Part shown: in pieces, positions 1 to 9,097 of the stretch
Numbering within the stretch: position 1 is the stretch's first letter
How the letters are laid out: every line of letters starts with the position of its first letter
DNA from: Verrucomicrobiota bacterium
Lineage (GTDB): Bacteria; Verrucomicrobiota; Verrucomicrobiia; Limisphaerales; Palsa-1400
Assembly (NCBI GenBank): GCA_049510745.1
Contig: JBEKYR010000001.1
Location: 124,392-188,391 of the forward strand
Length of the DNA: 64,000 nucleotides
Direction: 5' to 3'
Notes under the pieces: generated by a model
The model's database searches: none
Seen by the model: the letters and a program-made list of their open reading frames with translations, nothing else
Told to the model about the DNA's origin: nothing
Position numbers and translations under genes: made by a program

Positions 1-90
1 ACGACCAGGACAAGGTCGTGGGAGGCGTTGTGACCGTGCGCGTCCCAAACGGCGCCCCGCCGCCGGGGCCGACCTAAACCGCTCATTCCC

Positions 91-501
91 ATGAAAAAAC
101 ATATTCTTTCCATCGACGACGAAGCGGACATCCGCGAACTGCTGCAGGAGGTATTGACCATCAAGGGCTACCGCGTCTCCACCGCCGCCGAGCCCGAGAA
201 GGCCAAGAAAATCGTCAAAGACGACCCGCCCAACTTGATCATCATGGATTTCAACATCGAGGAGGGAGACGGCTTCGTGCTGATCGACGAGATCAAGAAG
301 ATCGGGCCGGCCATACCGATTCTATTATTGACTGGCGCGGTTTTCGACCGGACCGTCGTGCGGGACACGATCGAGAAGAAAGTTTCCCGCTACCTGGACA
401 AGACGGCCTCGCTCAACACCATCGTGACCGAAATTGAAAAACTGCTGGGCGATCCGGTCAGCGGTCCCGGCAACACCATTACCATGCGGCGGGCGCCCTG
501 A
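91..501 (+). CDS. Stand-alone response-regulator receiver (CheY-like REC) protein
   Basis: 136-aa ORF. It has the acidic N-terminus SIDDEADIRELL, a phospho-acceptor context LIIMDFNI, and LLLTG and YLDKT motifs typical of REC domains. No output domain. Confidence 0.85.
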   Translation: MKKHILSIDDEADIRELLQEVLTIKGYRVSTAAEPEKAKKIVKDDPPNLIIMDFNIEEGDGFVLIDEIKKIGPAIPILLLTGAVFDRTVVRDTIEKKVSRYLDKTASLNTIVTEIEKLLGDPVSGPGNTITMRRAP

Positions 502-533
502 AGGCCGCCCGGCGGGCGCGGGGCCGCGCCGCC

Positions 534-1496
534 ATGTCCCCACGCAAGACCCTGGTCATTCGCGGCGGCGCGCTGGGGGATTTCATATTGACCCTGCCCG
601 CGCTGGCCGCGTTGCGCCGCCATTTTCCGGGCCGCGCCCTGGAAATCTTGGGCTATCCGTCCATTGCCTCCCTGGCCGTCGCCGGCGGCCTGGCGGAAGG
701 GGTTTCCGCCATCGAGTCCCCTGCCCTGTCCGGATTTTTTGCGCGGGGCGGCTCCTGGCCCGCATCGGCCGCGGAATACTTTGCCCAATTCGACCTGATC
801 GTGTCCTACCTTTACGACCCGGAAGGAATTTTCCAGTCCAACGCCACCCGTTGCGGCCCGGCGCGATTTATTGCCGGTCCGCATCGTCCAGACGAAGCCT
901 CCGGCGCGCACGCCGCCGTTGTTTTGCTGCGTCCGCTGGAATCCCTTGGCATTCACAACGCCGACCCGCGTCCGCGTCTTGTGTTGCCCGAAGCGGACGA
1001 TTGCCCCGAGGGCGCCTGGCTCGCCTTGCACCCCGGCAGCGGAAGCGAACGGAAGAACTGGCCGGAGGCGAAATGGGCGGAACTTCTCAAAACCCTCGCT
1101 GAGCGGGCACATTGGAGTTTTCTGGTGATTGGCGGTGAAGCCGAAGGCGAGCGCAGCCGGCGTCTGTCCGCCCTCCTGCCGCCCCGGCGGGCGCGCCTGG
1201 CTCAGAACCTGCCGCTGGTGGAACTGGCCCAAAAAATGAGAACTTGCGCCGGCTTCATCGGGCATGATTCCGGCATCACGCATCTGGCGGCCGCGCTGGA
1301 TTTGCCTGGATTGGTGCTCTGGGGGCCGGCATCAGCGGTCGTCTGGCGGCCCATGAGCGATAAAATGCGCCTCCTGCGGGACGATCGCGGACTGGGTGGA
1401 TTGGCGGTTGAAACTGTATTGCGGGAAGTGACGGCGGCGTTCCCCCTTTGCGTTTCGACTGGTCCGGTCCGGTGCCGGGGAATCGGGGGAGGTTAA
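534..1496 (+). CDS. Glycosyltransferase family 9 (heptosyltransferase-like)
   Basis: 320-aa ORF with N-terminal LVIRGGALGDFILTLPALAALRR and C-terminal IGHDSGITHLAAAL, both typical of GT9. The last ~18 codons and the stop lie inside repeat R1, so the 3' end is uncertain. Confidence 0.8.
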   Translation: MSPRKTLVIRGGALGDFILTLPALAALRRHFPGRALEILGYPSIASLAVAGGLAEGVSAIESPALSGFFARGGSWPASAAEYFAQFDLIVSYLYDPEGIFQSNATRCGPARFIAGPHRPDEASGAHAAVVLLRPLESLGIHNADPRPRLVLPEADDCPEGAWLALHPGSGSERKNWPEAKWAELLKTLAERAHWSFLVIGGEAEGERSRRLSALLPPRRARLAQNLPLVELAQKMRTCAGFIGHDSGITHLAAALDLPGLVLWGPASAVVWRPMSDKMRLLRDDRGLGGLAVETVLREVTAAFPLCVSTGPVRCRGIGGG

Positions 1497-1593
1497 GGAA
1501 ACAGGGACAAGGCGGCGCGGCGCGCCGATGCGGGCAACCCACCCGGCAATACCAACTTTCTAGTCCTGACCCTTTCACTTTCCTGACCCTTTC
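1442..1593 (+). repeat. Repeat R1, copy a (~150 bp intergenic element)
   Basis: ccctttgcgtttcgactggtccgg...gggggaggttaaggaaac...ctgaccctttcactttc aligns by eye with 4755-4897. Its tail aligns in reverse complement with 6199-6252. Confidence 0.8.
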
Positions 1594-1746
1594 TCAACGC
1601 CATTCAACCGCTGGTCAAAAAATGGCTCCTGGCAAAACCGCGTTTCGGGAAATTGTCCCAAAGGGCGTTCGACCGGAACCTATCCGACCTGGAACGGAAT
1701 CACTCGTTGGACCCCAATAACCAAGCGCCATTCCGAACGAACCGCT

Positions 1747-3636
1747 CTACGGTGTGAGCAGTCGATAGAACTTGCTGCCCGTCTGCACCAGGTCCGTGAC
1801 CACGTATTGCGTCGCGTTGGTCGGATACGGCGGCGCAATTACGGTCCAGCCGTTGGAGCCGGTTGTCAGGTCGGCCGTCGCTTCGAGCTGCCAATCGGGC
1901 GCGGGCTGCGGCCAGGAGATCACCACCGCGTTGGTCGGCGTGCTTGCGATTGACAACAGCGGCGCGACTGCAATTTGTGAAATGCTCACATCATCCACAT
2001 ACCACGCATACGCCGCGGTATAGACGCTCGAGTAGGCCGAGAAGCGCACCGCAAAATAAGGGCCAGCGGCACTGGCCGGAACCGTGTCTGTATAGGATTG
2101 GTATTGAGTCGAGCCATCGCCAATGATGGTCCGCAGATTCTGCCAGGTAAAGGAACTGGAGTCGAAATACTCGATTATGAACGATTGGCTGGACGGGATT
2201 TCGTCGGGGTTCACCTTGTATTGCACCAGTGCCGCCCCGCTCAACTGCATTGGCAGGGTGCGCACCGTTCCGAGCTTCTGGTTGTAGTTGAAACCCCGGC
2301 CAATGTTGATCTCCAGATGCTGATACTGGCAGTCAACCTGATCCGCCGCGGTCCATTTGGCCGGGTCCGGCATGGAGCTGTTATTGTTGAAATTATCCGC
2401 GAAGGGCAGTGAGGTCGTCGGTGTCGTCACCGTCCCCGCCGTCAAACAAGCCGCACTCGCCGCGGTGGCGCGAATTCGGGCGATGTTCAAGTCTTCAAAC
2501 GAGTAATAGCCGACACTACAGCCGCCCAAGCTGGAGCACATAATGCGACAGCGGGGGTCGCTGTCGTAATCGCAGTGATAGGCGTTAAAACTGTGGCCGA
2601 TCTCATGGGCGGAAAGGGCGATGCGCTTGCCCAGATCGGTTTGCGAGCGCGAACAGGCAAAGCTGTAATGATCGAAACCGGGGCATACCTGGTCCTCAAT
2701 GCTATCGCCGATGATACTGCCGAAGTTCTTCCCCGTGAACAGATGAGCGATGTCGCGGGGTATGTCCTGATGGTTGTTTATCCAGTCGAGGCGAAACTGA
2801 GCCAGCAGCCCATCCGCTGTCGTTGCGTCGTAGGGGTCGGGCTCAGCCGATCGCACAAGGATCTGTGTGAGTTGAAACGACACCCCGGTATCACGTTCAA
2901 AGATCGCCGAAACGCCGTTGATGATGGTCTCGATGTCCGCGACGGTGTTGCTCACCGAACTCCCGTTCAAAGTGTAATACTCATAGTCGGCGTCGCAGGC
3001 GATTTGGCATACCAGCACATCCAGGTTCGTCGATTGACCGTTCCTGGGGGTCGCACCGGAATCCTTGGCCATGGGAACATCGTGGTTTCCACAAACTCCG
3101 GATTCCCCGCCCGAATCCTCGGTGTTGTAAACCACATGCTGCCCGGCCGCCGCGTCCGCCAGAACAGTCTGCAGCGGCTCAATCACCCAGGTCGAGTCGT
3201 TGGCATCGCCCAGGCGAACAAACGCGCGTATCCTGCCTTTCGTGAACGAGGCCAGGACGCTGCTCCCCCCACAACCGGCTACATAGCCTCGATAGGTCTG
3301 GAAGTCGGGAGCCGGCACGTCGTGAAATCCCCCGTTACCGTCCTGCACCACCACCCGAAATCCGGGCGCCCGCAGCGAATGTTTCTGCAAGACGATTTGG
3401 TGCGGCTGCCCCGCCAGTTGGAGGCTGAACTTAAGCTCCCCTGACATTTCCACCGACTCCAGATCCTGCAGTGTGAACTTGCCAACATGCAACTGGTCAA
3501 CCACCCGCTGCTGCACGACCGAGTCGGCGGGCGCCCTCGTGGAATTGGTTTGGCCGTGACAAGGAAAGAGACTGGCTAATGCAATTAGAGAAGCCCAAAA
3601 CCCTGGAGACGGCAGATAGACTCTTCGGTTTGACAT
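1747..3636 (-). CDS. Secreted zinc metalloprotease, metzincin/reprolysin-like
   Basis: ORF 1747-3759. The likely start is MSNRRVYLPSPGFWASLIALASLFPCHG (signal peptide). Zinc site HEIGHSFNAYH (HExxHxxxxxH), a Cys-rich catalytic region and a beta-rich C-terminal domain. Confidence 0.75.
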   Translation of the reverse strand: MSNRRVYLPSPGFWASLIALASLFPCHGQTNSTRAPADSVVQQRVVDQLHVGKFTLQDLESVEMSGELKFSLQLAGQPHQIVLQKHSLRAPGFRVVVQDGNGGFHDVPAPDFQTYRGYVAGCGGSSVLASFTKGRIRAFVRLGDANDSTWVIEPLQTVLADAAAGQHVVYNTEDSGGESGVCGNHDVPMAKDSGATPRNGQSTNLDVLVCQIACDADYEYYTLNGSSVSNTVADIETIINGVSAIFERDTGVSFQLTQILVRSAEPDPYDATTADGLLAQFRLDWINNHQDIPRDIAHLFTGKNFGSIIGDSIEDQVCPGFDHYSFACSRSQTDLGKRIALSAHEIGHSFNAYHCDYDSDPRCRIMCSSLGGCSVGYYSFEDLNIARIRATAASAACLTAGTVTTPTTSLPFADNFNNNSSMPDPAKWTAADQVDCQYQHLEINIGRGFNYNQKLGTVRTLPMQLSGAALVQYKVNPDEIPSSQSFIIEYFDSSSFTWQNLRTIIGDGSTQYQSYTDTVPASAAGPYFAVRFSAYSSVYTAAYAWYVDDVSISQIAVAPLLSIASTPTNAVVISWPQPAPDWQLEATADLTTGSNGWTVIAPPYPTNATQYVVTDLVQTGSKFYRLLTP

Positions 3637-3789
3637 AAATCTGGTGGGAATTTGCTTTTCGATTCTCCGCCCTTTCACTGAGGCTGCGCGGGCGGGGGAG
3701 GGTTGGTTCTGGATCGCGCTCATCTTGAAAATTCTCTTTCCAATCATAATGGTCATCACGATGCAGAAAAGAAGTCAAGAGAAATCTTT

Positions 3790-4700
3790 TCACAGCCATC
3801 CCACAGAAAATCAAGAAAAGTGCCGGCTTGACCGTTTAAACCTGCCACACGGCAGGTATGAAAAAAAAAGTACTCCGTTTCGCTCCGTTTTACTCCGTTT
3901 TAGTCCATCTTGCTCCGTTTTGGCCTCAAGCGAAACCAAAGAGGAGATTGCCGCAAAAGATCACAGAGATCACAAAGAAAAGAATATAAGTTACTGACTA
4001 TGTGCGCTTTACCTGTTCATTTGTGGCAAAAATCCTCTCAACGCGGCAAACCTTTTCGGGAGAGCCTCGCAAAGCGGCGTCCGCCTGCGCGTGAGGCAGG
4101 TTCCTTCCGGCCTGGGGTGCCTGCGCCCGTGGTGAGGCGGCATGGGGCGTGGCCCTGCGGCGAGGGAAAGGACCAAGCCCCGGCAACTCCAGCCTTCGCT
4201 CAAGGCGAGCTACGGCTGGCAGGCCAGTTTATGTCAAACAGCGAGTCCTCGCCTTGGTTCATAGTCCCATGTTTTCCCATGATTGCAAGCATTTTTTACT
4301 GGATAACAGGCGTGAGGTAACGAGGGGGACGTCGCTGCGGCCCATGCAGAGGTCTCGTCGTCGTTTGTCGCCGCAGTCACAAGGATCATAAGCAATTGTA
4401 GCGCAATCGCTTGCACTTAAAGTTGGAGAAAACTACGGTTTGAGCCTGGTGACGACCTGTGAGATAAACGCAAAGGGCAAAAGACGCCAAGACTTAGCGC
4501 GGCAAGCCGCAACCAAAGGAAGGCGACCACGGATCGCACGGATCGCAGAGATGAACAAATTATCGGGAAGACAAGTGAACAAATTGTCGGGCTGACGCTG
4601 GCGCGTGGGCTGGCGCGTGGGGATAAGAAGCGACGGGTTTTCCATCCGTGAAAATCCGCGGAATCCGTGGTAAGAAACTTTCCCGAAAATGAATGATTCT
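3790..4700. repeat. Mosaic intergenic repeat region A (short tandem and dispersed modules)
   Basis: Contains a tandem ctccgttt array (3871-3922), gatcacagagatcacaaag, the module 4408-4458 (shared with 63699-63748) and the module 4525-4684 (ggatcgcacggatcgc...gaacaaatt...ccatccgtgaaaatccgcggaatccgtggtaag), which recurs inverted at 19254-19360. Confidence 0.75.
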
Positions 4701-4754
4701 GAGGCATGGCACTACCGCAAAAAAGCCAGCTTTGCTTTGCGACTTCGCGTCCTA

Positions 4755-4897
4755 CGCCCCTTGCGTTTCGTCTGGTCCGTTCCGGGTGCCGCGGGATCGG
4801 GGGAGGTTAAGGAAACCGGGACAGACCGGCCCAACGCACCGATGCCGCAAACCACCCAGAAAATACAAATTTCCTAGGCCTGACCCTTTTCACTTTC
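4755..4897 (+). repeat. Repeat R1, copy b
   Basis: ccccttgcgtttcgtctggtccg...gggggaggttaaggaaacc...cctaggcctgacccttttcactttc. Same orientation and length as copy a. Confidence 0.8.
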
Positions 4898-5001
4898 AAG
4901 AAACCTGATACGAATAAAGCACCTCAGAGTGGCTGGTTTTGATTCGACCCCAACTGGCTCGTTTTGAAGTGACCGGTGACAGGATTATTATGCAGGTTCG
5001 T

Positions 5002-6027
5002 TTATGCGCGAATCGCATACACAATAATGGAGATGATGAGGATGGCCACCACCGAAAACAACAAAATGGTGGCGACAACGTTGTCAGGGTTATTTTTTGA
5101 TTTTTTCGCCAAACTTGGCTGCATCGGCCCGCTGGACGATTTGTCGGTTATAACTGCGCGACGTGTTGTCATATCTACAACAATATGCCCTTCAAGCTGC
5201 CATTGCAATTTCCCATCTTTATCTTTTGTCATCTGCGGAAACGCGGTGAACGGTTCCGCTTGGTATCCAAATTGGACGGGCTGCAAACGCAAATCCCAAA
5301 GTTGCGCATTTACCTCCTTTGGCGTCACACCGATAGCAGTACGCTGCCCCGTCATCCAATTCTCATCTACCACAAGATTAGGCACCGTTGCAAAATTACC
5401 GGGCAGCATATCTGGGATCGGGCAATCGCACGTTATCCAATCAGGAGAATCACTAAGCCTGTCCTCGAACCAAGGCGGGTTGAATTTGAGCTTGAGACTT
5501 TTTAAGACAGTTACCTTTATAGTCCCTTGTTTAATTTCGTTGGATGAGATGTTTTTTAATACAAATTCTGCTTTGATATTTGTGGTGCCTGGAACTACCG
5601 GCACTATCACAAATCCCTTTACTTCCTCATCCTCAATCGCCACCCTGTTGAGCCTAGACGAAAAATCAAACCGTGGATCGGTGAGCATAAGCGGAAAGCC
5701 TTTGGATTCGGAGAGAGCAAAGCCTAGTTCTAAACTTGGACGGCTGGGTGAAGGCAGCGCGGATTTGCCCCACTCCAACCAACAAAGAAGCGAGCAGAAA
5801 AGTAATGCAAAGGCAATTATCGAGTCTCCCCACCTTTTTGCTGGTTTAGGCTCAGTGCCGGTGTTAATAAGCTCTGCCTCCAGTGCTTTTCCGCAGCAAA
5901 ATAGTGCTCCAAACGCGAAGCATATCGCCAAAGGAATTGCTCTATGAAGATCATACAAAATACCACCGGCAAATCCGAAAGCAGCAAAAACCGAACCACA
6001 CACAATAATATTTCTTGGATACTTCAT
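5002..6027 (-). CDS. Hypothetical membrane protein (orphan, AT-richer cassette)
   Basis: 341-aa ORF in a stretch clearly lower in GC than its flanks. Three N-terminal and one C-terminal hydrophobic helices. No family recognised. Confidence 0.6.
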   Translation of the reverse strand: MKYPRNIIVCGSVFAAFGFAGGILYDLHRAIPLAICFAFGALFCCGKALEAELINTGTEPKPAKRWGDSIIAFALLFCSLLCWLEWGKSALPSPSRPSLELGFALSESKGFPLMLTDPRFDFSSRLNRVAIEDEEVKGFVIVPVVPGTTNIKAEFVLKNISSNEIKQGTIKVTVLKSLKLKFNPPWFEDRLSDSPDWITCDCPIPDMLPGNFATVPNLVVDENWMTGQRTAIGVTPKEVNAQLWDLRLQPVQFGYQAEPFTAFPQMTKDKDGKLQWQLEGHIVVDMTTRRAVITDKSSSGPMQPSLAKKSKNNPDNVVATILLFSVVAILIISIIVYAIRA

Positions 6028-6198
6028 ATCGGGCCTTTTGGTTTCGGCATATTATTTTTCGCTGGGTTCCTGTGTGGATTTATTATTGGGTGCGCCGTTT
6101 CTCGTTAGAATTTCAACTTTTTTTATAATGGCAACACGTTTTACAGGAAGTAAATTGCACGAGTTAAGGGTGCGTCAGTTAAGTGGAAAGCCCGTAGA

Positions 6199-6252
6199 AG
6201 AAAAAAGGGTCAGAGAAGAAAAAAAAGGGTCAGTCCTAGGATATTGGTATTC
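6199..6252 (-). repeat. Repeat R1, partial inverted copy c
   Basis: The reverse complement reads aataccaatatcctaggactgaccctttttttt...ctgaccc, matching the 3' tail of R1 (aataccaactttctagtcctgaccctttcactttcctgaccc). Confidence 0.7.
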
Positions 6253-6292
6253 AATCATTTTGAGAAACCAGCCAGTCCAGCATAATCGCATA

Positions 6293-6454
6293 TTATCGTT
6301 TTCTTTCCAGATCCCGCAGCGGGCCGGGGCGGCTGGCTTCCGCCGTCGCTAAAGCTATGGCGGACAGGTGGTTGCTCCTCGGTTGCAGATTTCTTTCGTG
6401 CTTTAAAAGGTCACCAACTTCAGGCCTATTGCGCTGGCTAACCAGGTAGATCAT
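6293..6454 (-). pseudogene. Truncated/decayed PIN(VapC)-like toxin remnant
   Basis: 53-codon ORF whose ATG overlaps the upstream antitoxin stop (ATGA). MIYL... and LSAIALATAE resemble the N-terminal half of a PIN domain, but the conserved Asp after MIYL is absent. The ORF ends ~40 bp from R1 copy c. Confidence 0.4.
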
Positions 6455-6750
6455 CCCTCGCCTCCGCGCGCGTCCGCCACAATCTCGCTCAGGGATTTGC
6501 CGGGGGGATTTTCGCCCCAAACAGCTTTGGCCCGGCGGACGAAGTCCGGTTGCGACGCGCCAGCGGGCACGAGTTTGGCAATCACCTTGTCGTGGTCAGT
6601 CATCTGAACTTCTTCCCCAGACGCCACCCATTTCAAGATGTCCGGCCATCGCTCCGGCACTTGCTGAACGGTTGCTGTTTTCACGAGGCCAAGATAGCTC
6701 CCCGCCGGTCGGCGGGCAAGAAAGCATTTCGGAAGCGGCGAAACCCGCAT
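6451..6750 (-). CDS. Phd/YefM-type antitoxin
   Basis: TATVQQVPERWPDILKWVASGEEVQMTDHDKVIAKLVP matches the Phd/YefM N-terminal pattern. The coordinates give the maximal ORF. A GTG at 6684 (VKTATVQQ) is a plausible true start. Confidence 0.65.
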   Translation of the reverse strand: MRVSPLPKCFLARRPAGSYLGLVKTATVQQVPERWPDILKWVASGEEVQMTDHDKVIAKLVPAGASQPDFVRRAKAVWGENPPGKSLSEIVADARGGEG

Positions 6751-6756
6751 ATCCGT

Positions 6757-6803
6757 TCCTAATCTTAACGCACCGTCTTCCTCTCAGGAAGAGGAAAAAG
6801 GCC
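6757..6803 (+). repeat. Hairpin repeat R4 (copy 1)
   Basis: cctaatcttaacgcaccgtcttcctctcaggaagaggaaaaagg contains the stem cttcctc/gaggaag-like. An inverted copy lies at 63757-63800. Confidence 0.55.
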
Positions 6804-6850
6804 AATACCAATTCTCACAGAAAACCAGCAAATTCAGGATAAAGGCCAAA

Positions 6851-6910
6851 GAAGAGCAGTCGGCGGGGCGCCGACTGCAGCGGGCGGGGCGCCCGCGCTC
6901 CCCGAAAACA
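6851..6910 (+). repeat. GC-rich double-hairpin repeat R2 (copy 1, REP-like)
   Basis: gtcggcggggcgccgac and agcgggcggggcgcccgcgct form two adjacent stem-loops. A homologous copy lies at 20958-21019. Confidence 0.65.
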
Positions 6911-6925
6911 GGGAATGGTTCAAGA

Positions 6926-7696
6926 TTAGCCGCCGTTGATGGGCGCGATCACTACTTCGCGTCCGCGCTCGCGCAGTTGGCGCACCAATTCCTCCGGCGC
7001 GCCCGGATCGGTCACGATGACGTGGAGGCTCTCAAGCGGACAGAGCATGGAAAGGGAGCGGCGCCCGAACTTGGTGCTGTCAAGACAAAATATCACCCGC
7101 TGCGCCGCCCGGATCATCGCCCGCTGGATTTCGATGAGCAGGCCGTGCGAATTGCTCACGCCTTCCAGCGTGATCCCGCCCGCGCTCATCACCGCCACGT
7201 CGGCGTGGATTTTGGAGAAGGCTTCCACCGCCAGCGGCCCGACCAGCACCCCCAGCCGCGGATAGATCACGCCGCCGGAAACGATCAGTTCGACCCGGCT
7301 GGCCGCCGCGAAAAAATTCGCCACCGGCAGCGAATTGGTGATGATCTGCGGCATCTTCGGCTCAAGGTATTTTGCCGCGTGATAGGCGGTGGTGCCGGCG
7401 TCGATGATGACCGTCTGGTTGGGACCAATCAATTCCGCGCAGGCGCGTCCAATGGCTTCTTTCTCGGGCAACTGATGGGTGTCGCGCGCGCTGAAGGCAA
7501 ATTCATCCGACGGCGGGTTGACCAGGCGCGCCCCGCCATGAGTGCGGCGCAAACTGCCGGTCGCCTCCAGCGCCGCAACGTCGCGGCGCACGGTCGAGAC
7601 CGAGACTCCAACCTCCGCCGCAAGTTCCTCTAAAGAGGCAAATTCAACCTTGTTAAGGTAATCTTGAATCCGCTTTTGGCGCGCTTCTGGCTGCAT
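6926..7696 (-). CDS. DeoR-family transcriptional regulator (divergent from the BMC operon)
   Basis: MQPEARQKRIQDYLNKVEFASLEELAAEVGVSVSTVRRDVAALE is a DeoR HTH, followed by a DeoR C-terminal sugar-phosphate sensor domain. I chose the start at the internal ATG at 7696 of ORF 6926-7768. Confidence 0.9.
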   Translation of the reverse strand: MQPEARQKRIQDYLNKVEFASLEELAAEVGVSVSTVRRDVAALEATGSLRRTHGGARLVNPPSDEFAFSARDTHQLPEKEAIGRACAELIGPNQTVIIDAGTTAYHAAKYLEPKMPQIITNSLPVANFFAAASRVELIVSGGVIYPRLGVLVGPLAVEAFSKIHADVAVMSAGGITLEGVSNSHGLLIEIQRAMIRAAQRVIFCLDSTKFGRRSLSMLCPLESLHVIVTDPGAPEELVRQLRERGREVVIAPINGG

Positions 7697-7780
7697 TTGA
7701 AGGATTTTGGAACATTTTGGAAGTTTTTGCAAGAAATATATTGACGAATTCCATGTTTTTTGCCACATTTACCCAGAAAC

Positions 7781-8476
<696 letters not shown>

Positions 8477-8499
8477 TAACTTAACCACAGGAGAACCTA

Positions 8500-8793
8500 A
8501 TGAGTCAAGAAGCACTGGGCATGGTCGAAACCAAGGGGTACGTGGGCAGCGTCGAAGCCAGCGACGCCATGGTCAAGGCGGCCAATGTCACCCTGGTCAA
8601 AACAATACCCATCGGCGGCGGATTGATCACCGTCTTTGCCACCGGCGACGTCGGCAGCGTCAAAGCGGCCGTCGATGCCGGGGCCAAGGCGGCCGGCAAG
8701 GTGGGCGAACTGGTCAGTTCCCACGTCCTGGCCCGCCCGCATGAAGACCTGATGAAGGTGTTCATCGGCGAACCGGCCAAAAAGCAATCCTGA
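8500..8793 (+). CDS. BMC-H shell protein (Pfam00936-type hexamer)
   Basis: [27 protein letters not shown]...[13 protein letters not shown]...HVLARPH is a canonical BMC domain. Confidence 0.93.
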   Translation: MSQEALGMVETKGYVGSVEASDAMVKAANVTLVKTIPIGGGLITVFATGDVGSVKAAVDAGAKAAGKVGELVSSHVLARPHEDLMKVFIGEPAKKQS

Positions 8794-8813
8794 ACCTTTA
8801 ACCCACATTTGAT

Positions 8814-9092
8814 ATGGCACAACAAGCAATCGGCATGATCGAAACAAAGGGCCTCTGCGCGCTGATGGAAGCGACGGACGCCGCGCTCAAGGCGGCCAAC
8901 GTCCAGTTTGTCGGCTGGGAAAAAATCGGCAGCGGCTATGTCACCGTCTTTTTCCGCGGGGACGTGGCCGCCGTCAAGGCCGCGACCGACGTGGGAGTGG
9001 CGGCGGCGGCGCAAGTCGGCAGCGTGGTCAGCGTGCAGGTCATTCCCCGTCCGCACGAGGGCCTGGCCGGCCTGGGCAAGTGGCTGCAATAG
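8814..9092 (+). CDS. BMC-H shell protein
   Basis: [27 protein letters not shown]...[13 protein letters not shown]...QVIPRPH. Confidence 0.93.
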   Translation: MAQQAIGMIETKGLCALMEATDAALKAANVQFVGWEKIGSGYVTVFFRGDVAAVKAATDVGVAAAAQVGSVVSVQVIPRPHEGLAGLGKWLQ

Positions 9093-9097
9093 GGTGA

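Noticed and set aside
1-77. A possible 3' end of a plus-strand gene running in from the left edge (…VVTVRVPNGAPPPGPT-stop at 75-77).
   Set aside because: Only 25 codons are visible with no recognisable motif, which is too little evidence to call a feature.
3790-4700. A possible CRISPR array in the repeat mosaics, also considered at 18850-19620.
   Set aside because: There is no regularly spaced identical repeat of 24-40 bp with unique spacers. The units are heterogeneous short modules and tandem 8-10-mers. No cas genes are present in the window.
4755-6252. Reading the AT-richer cassette as a prophage or integrative element.
   Set aside because: No integrase, transposase, tRNA attachment site or phage genes are present. 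There is only one orphan gene between the inverted repeat copies.
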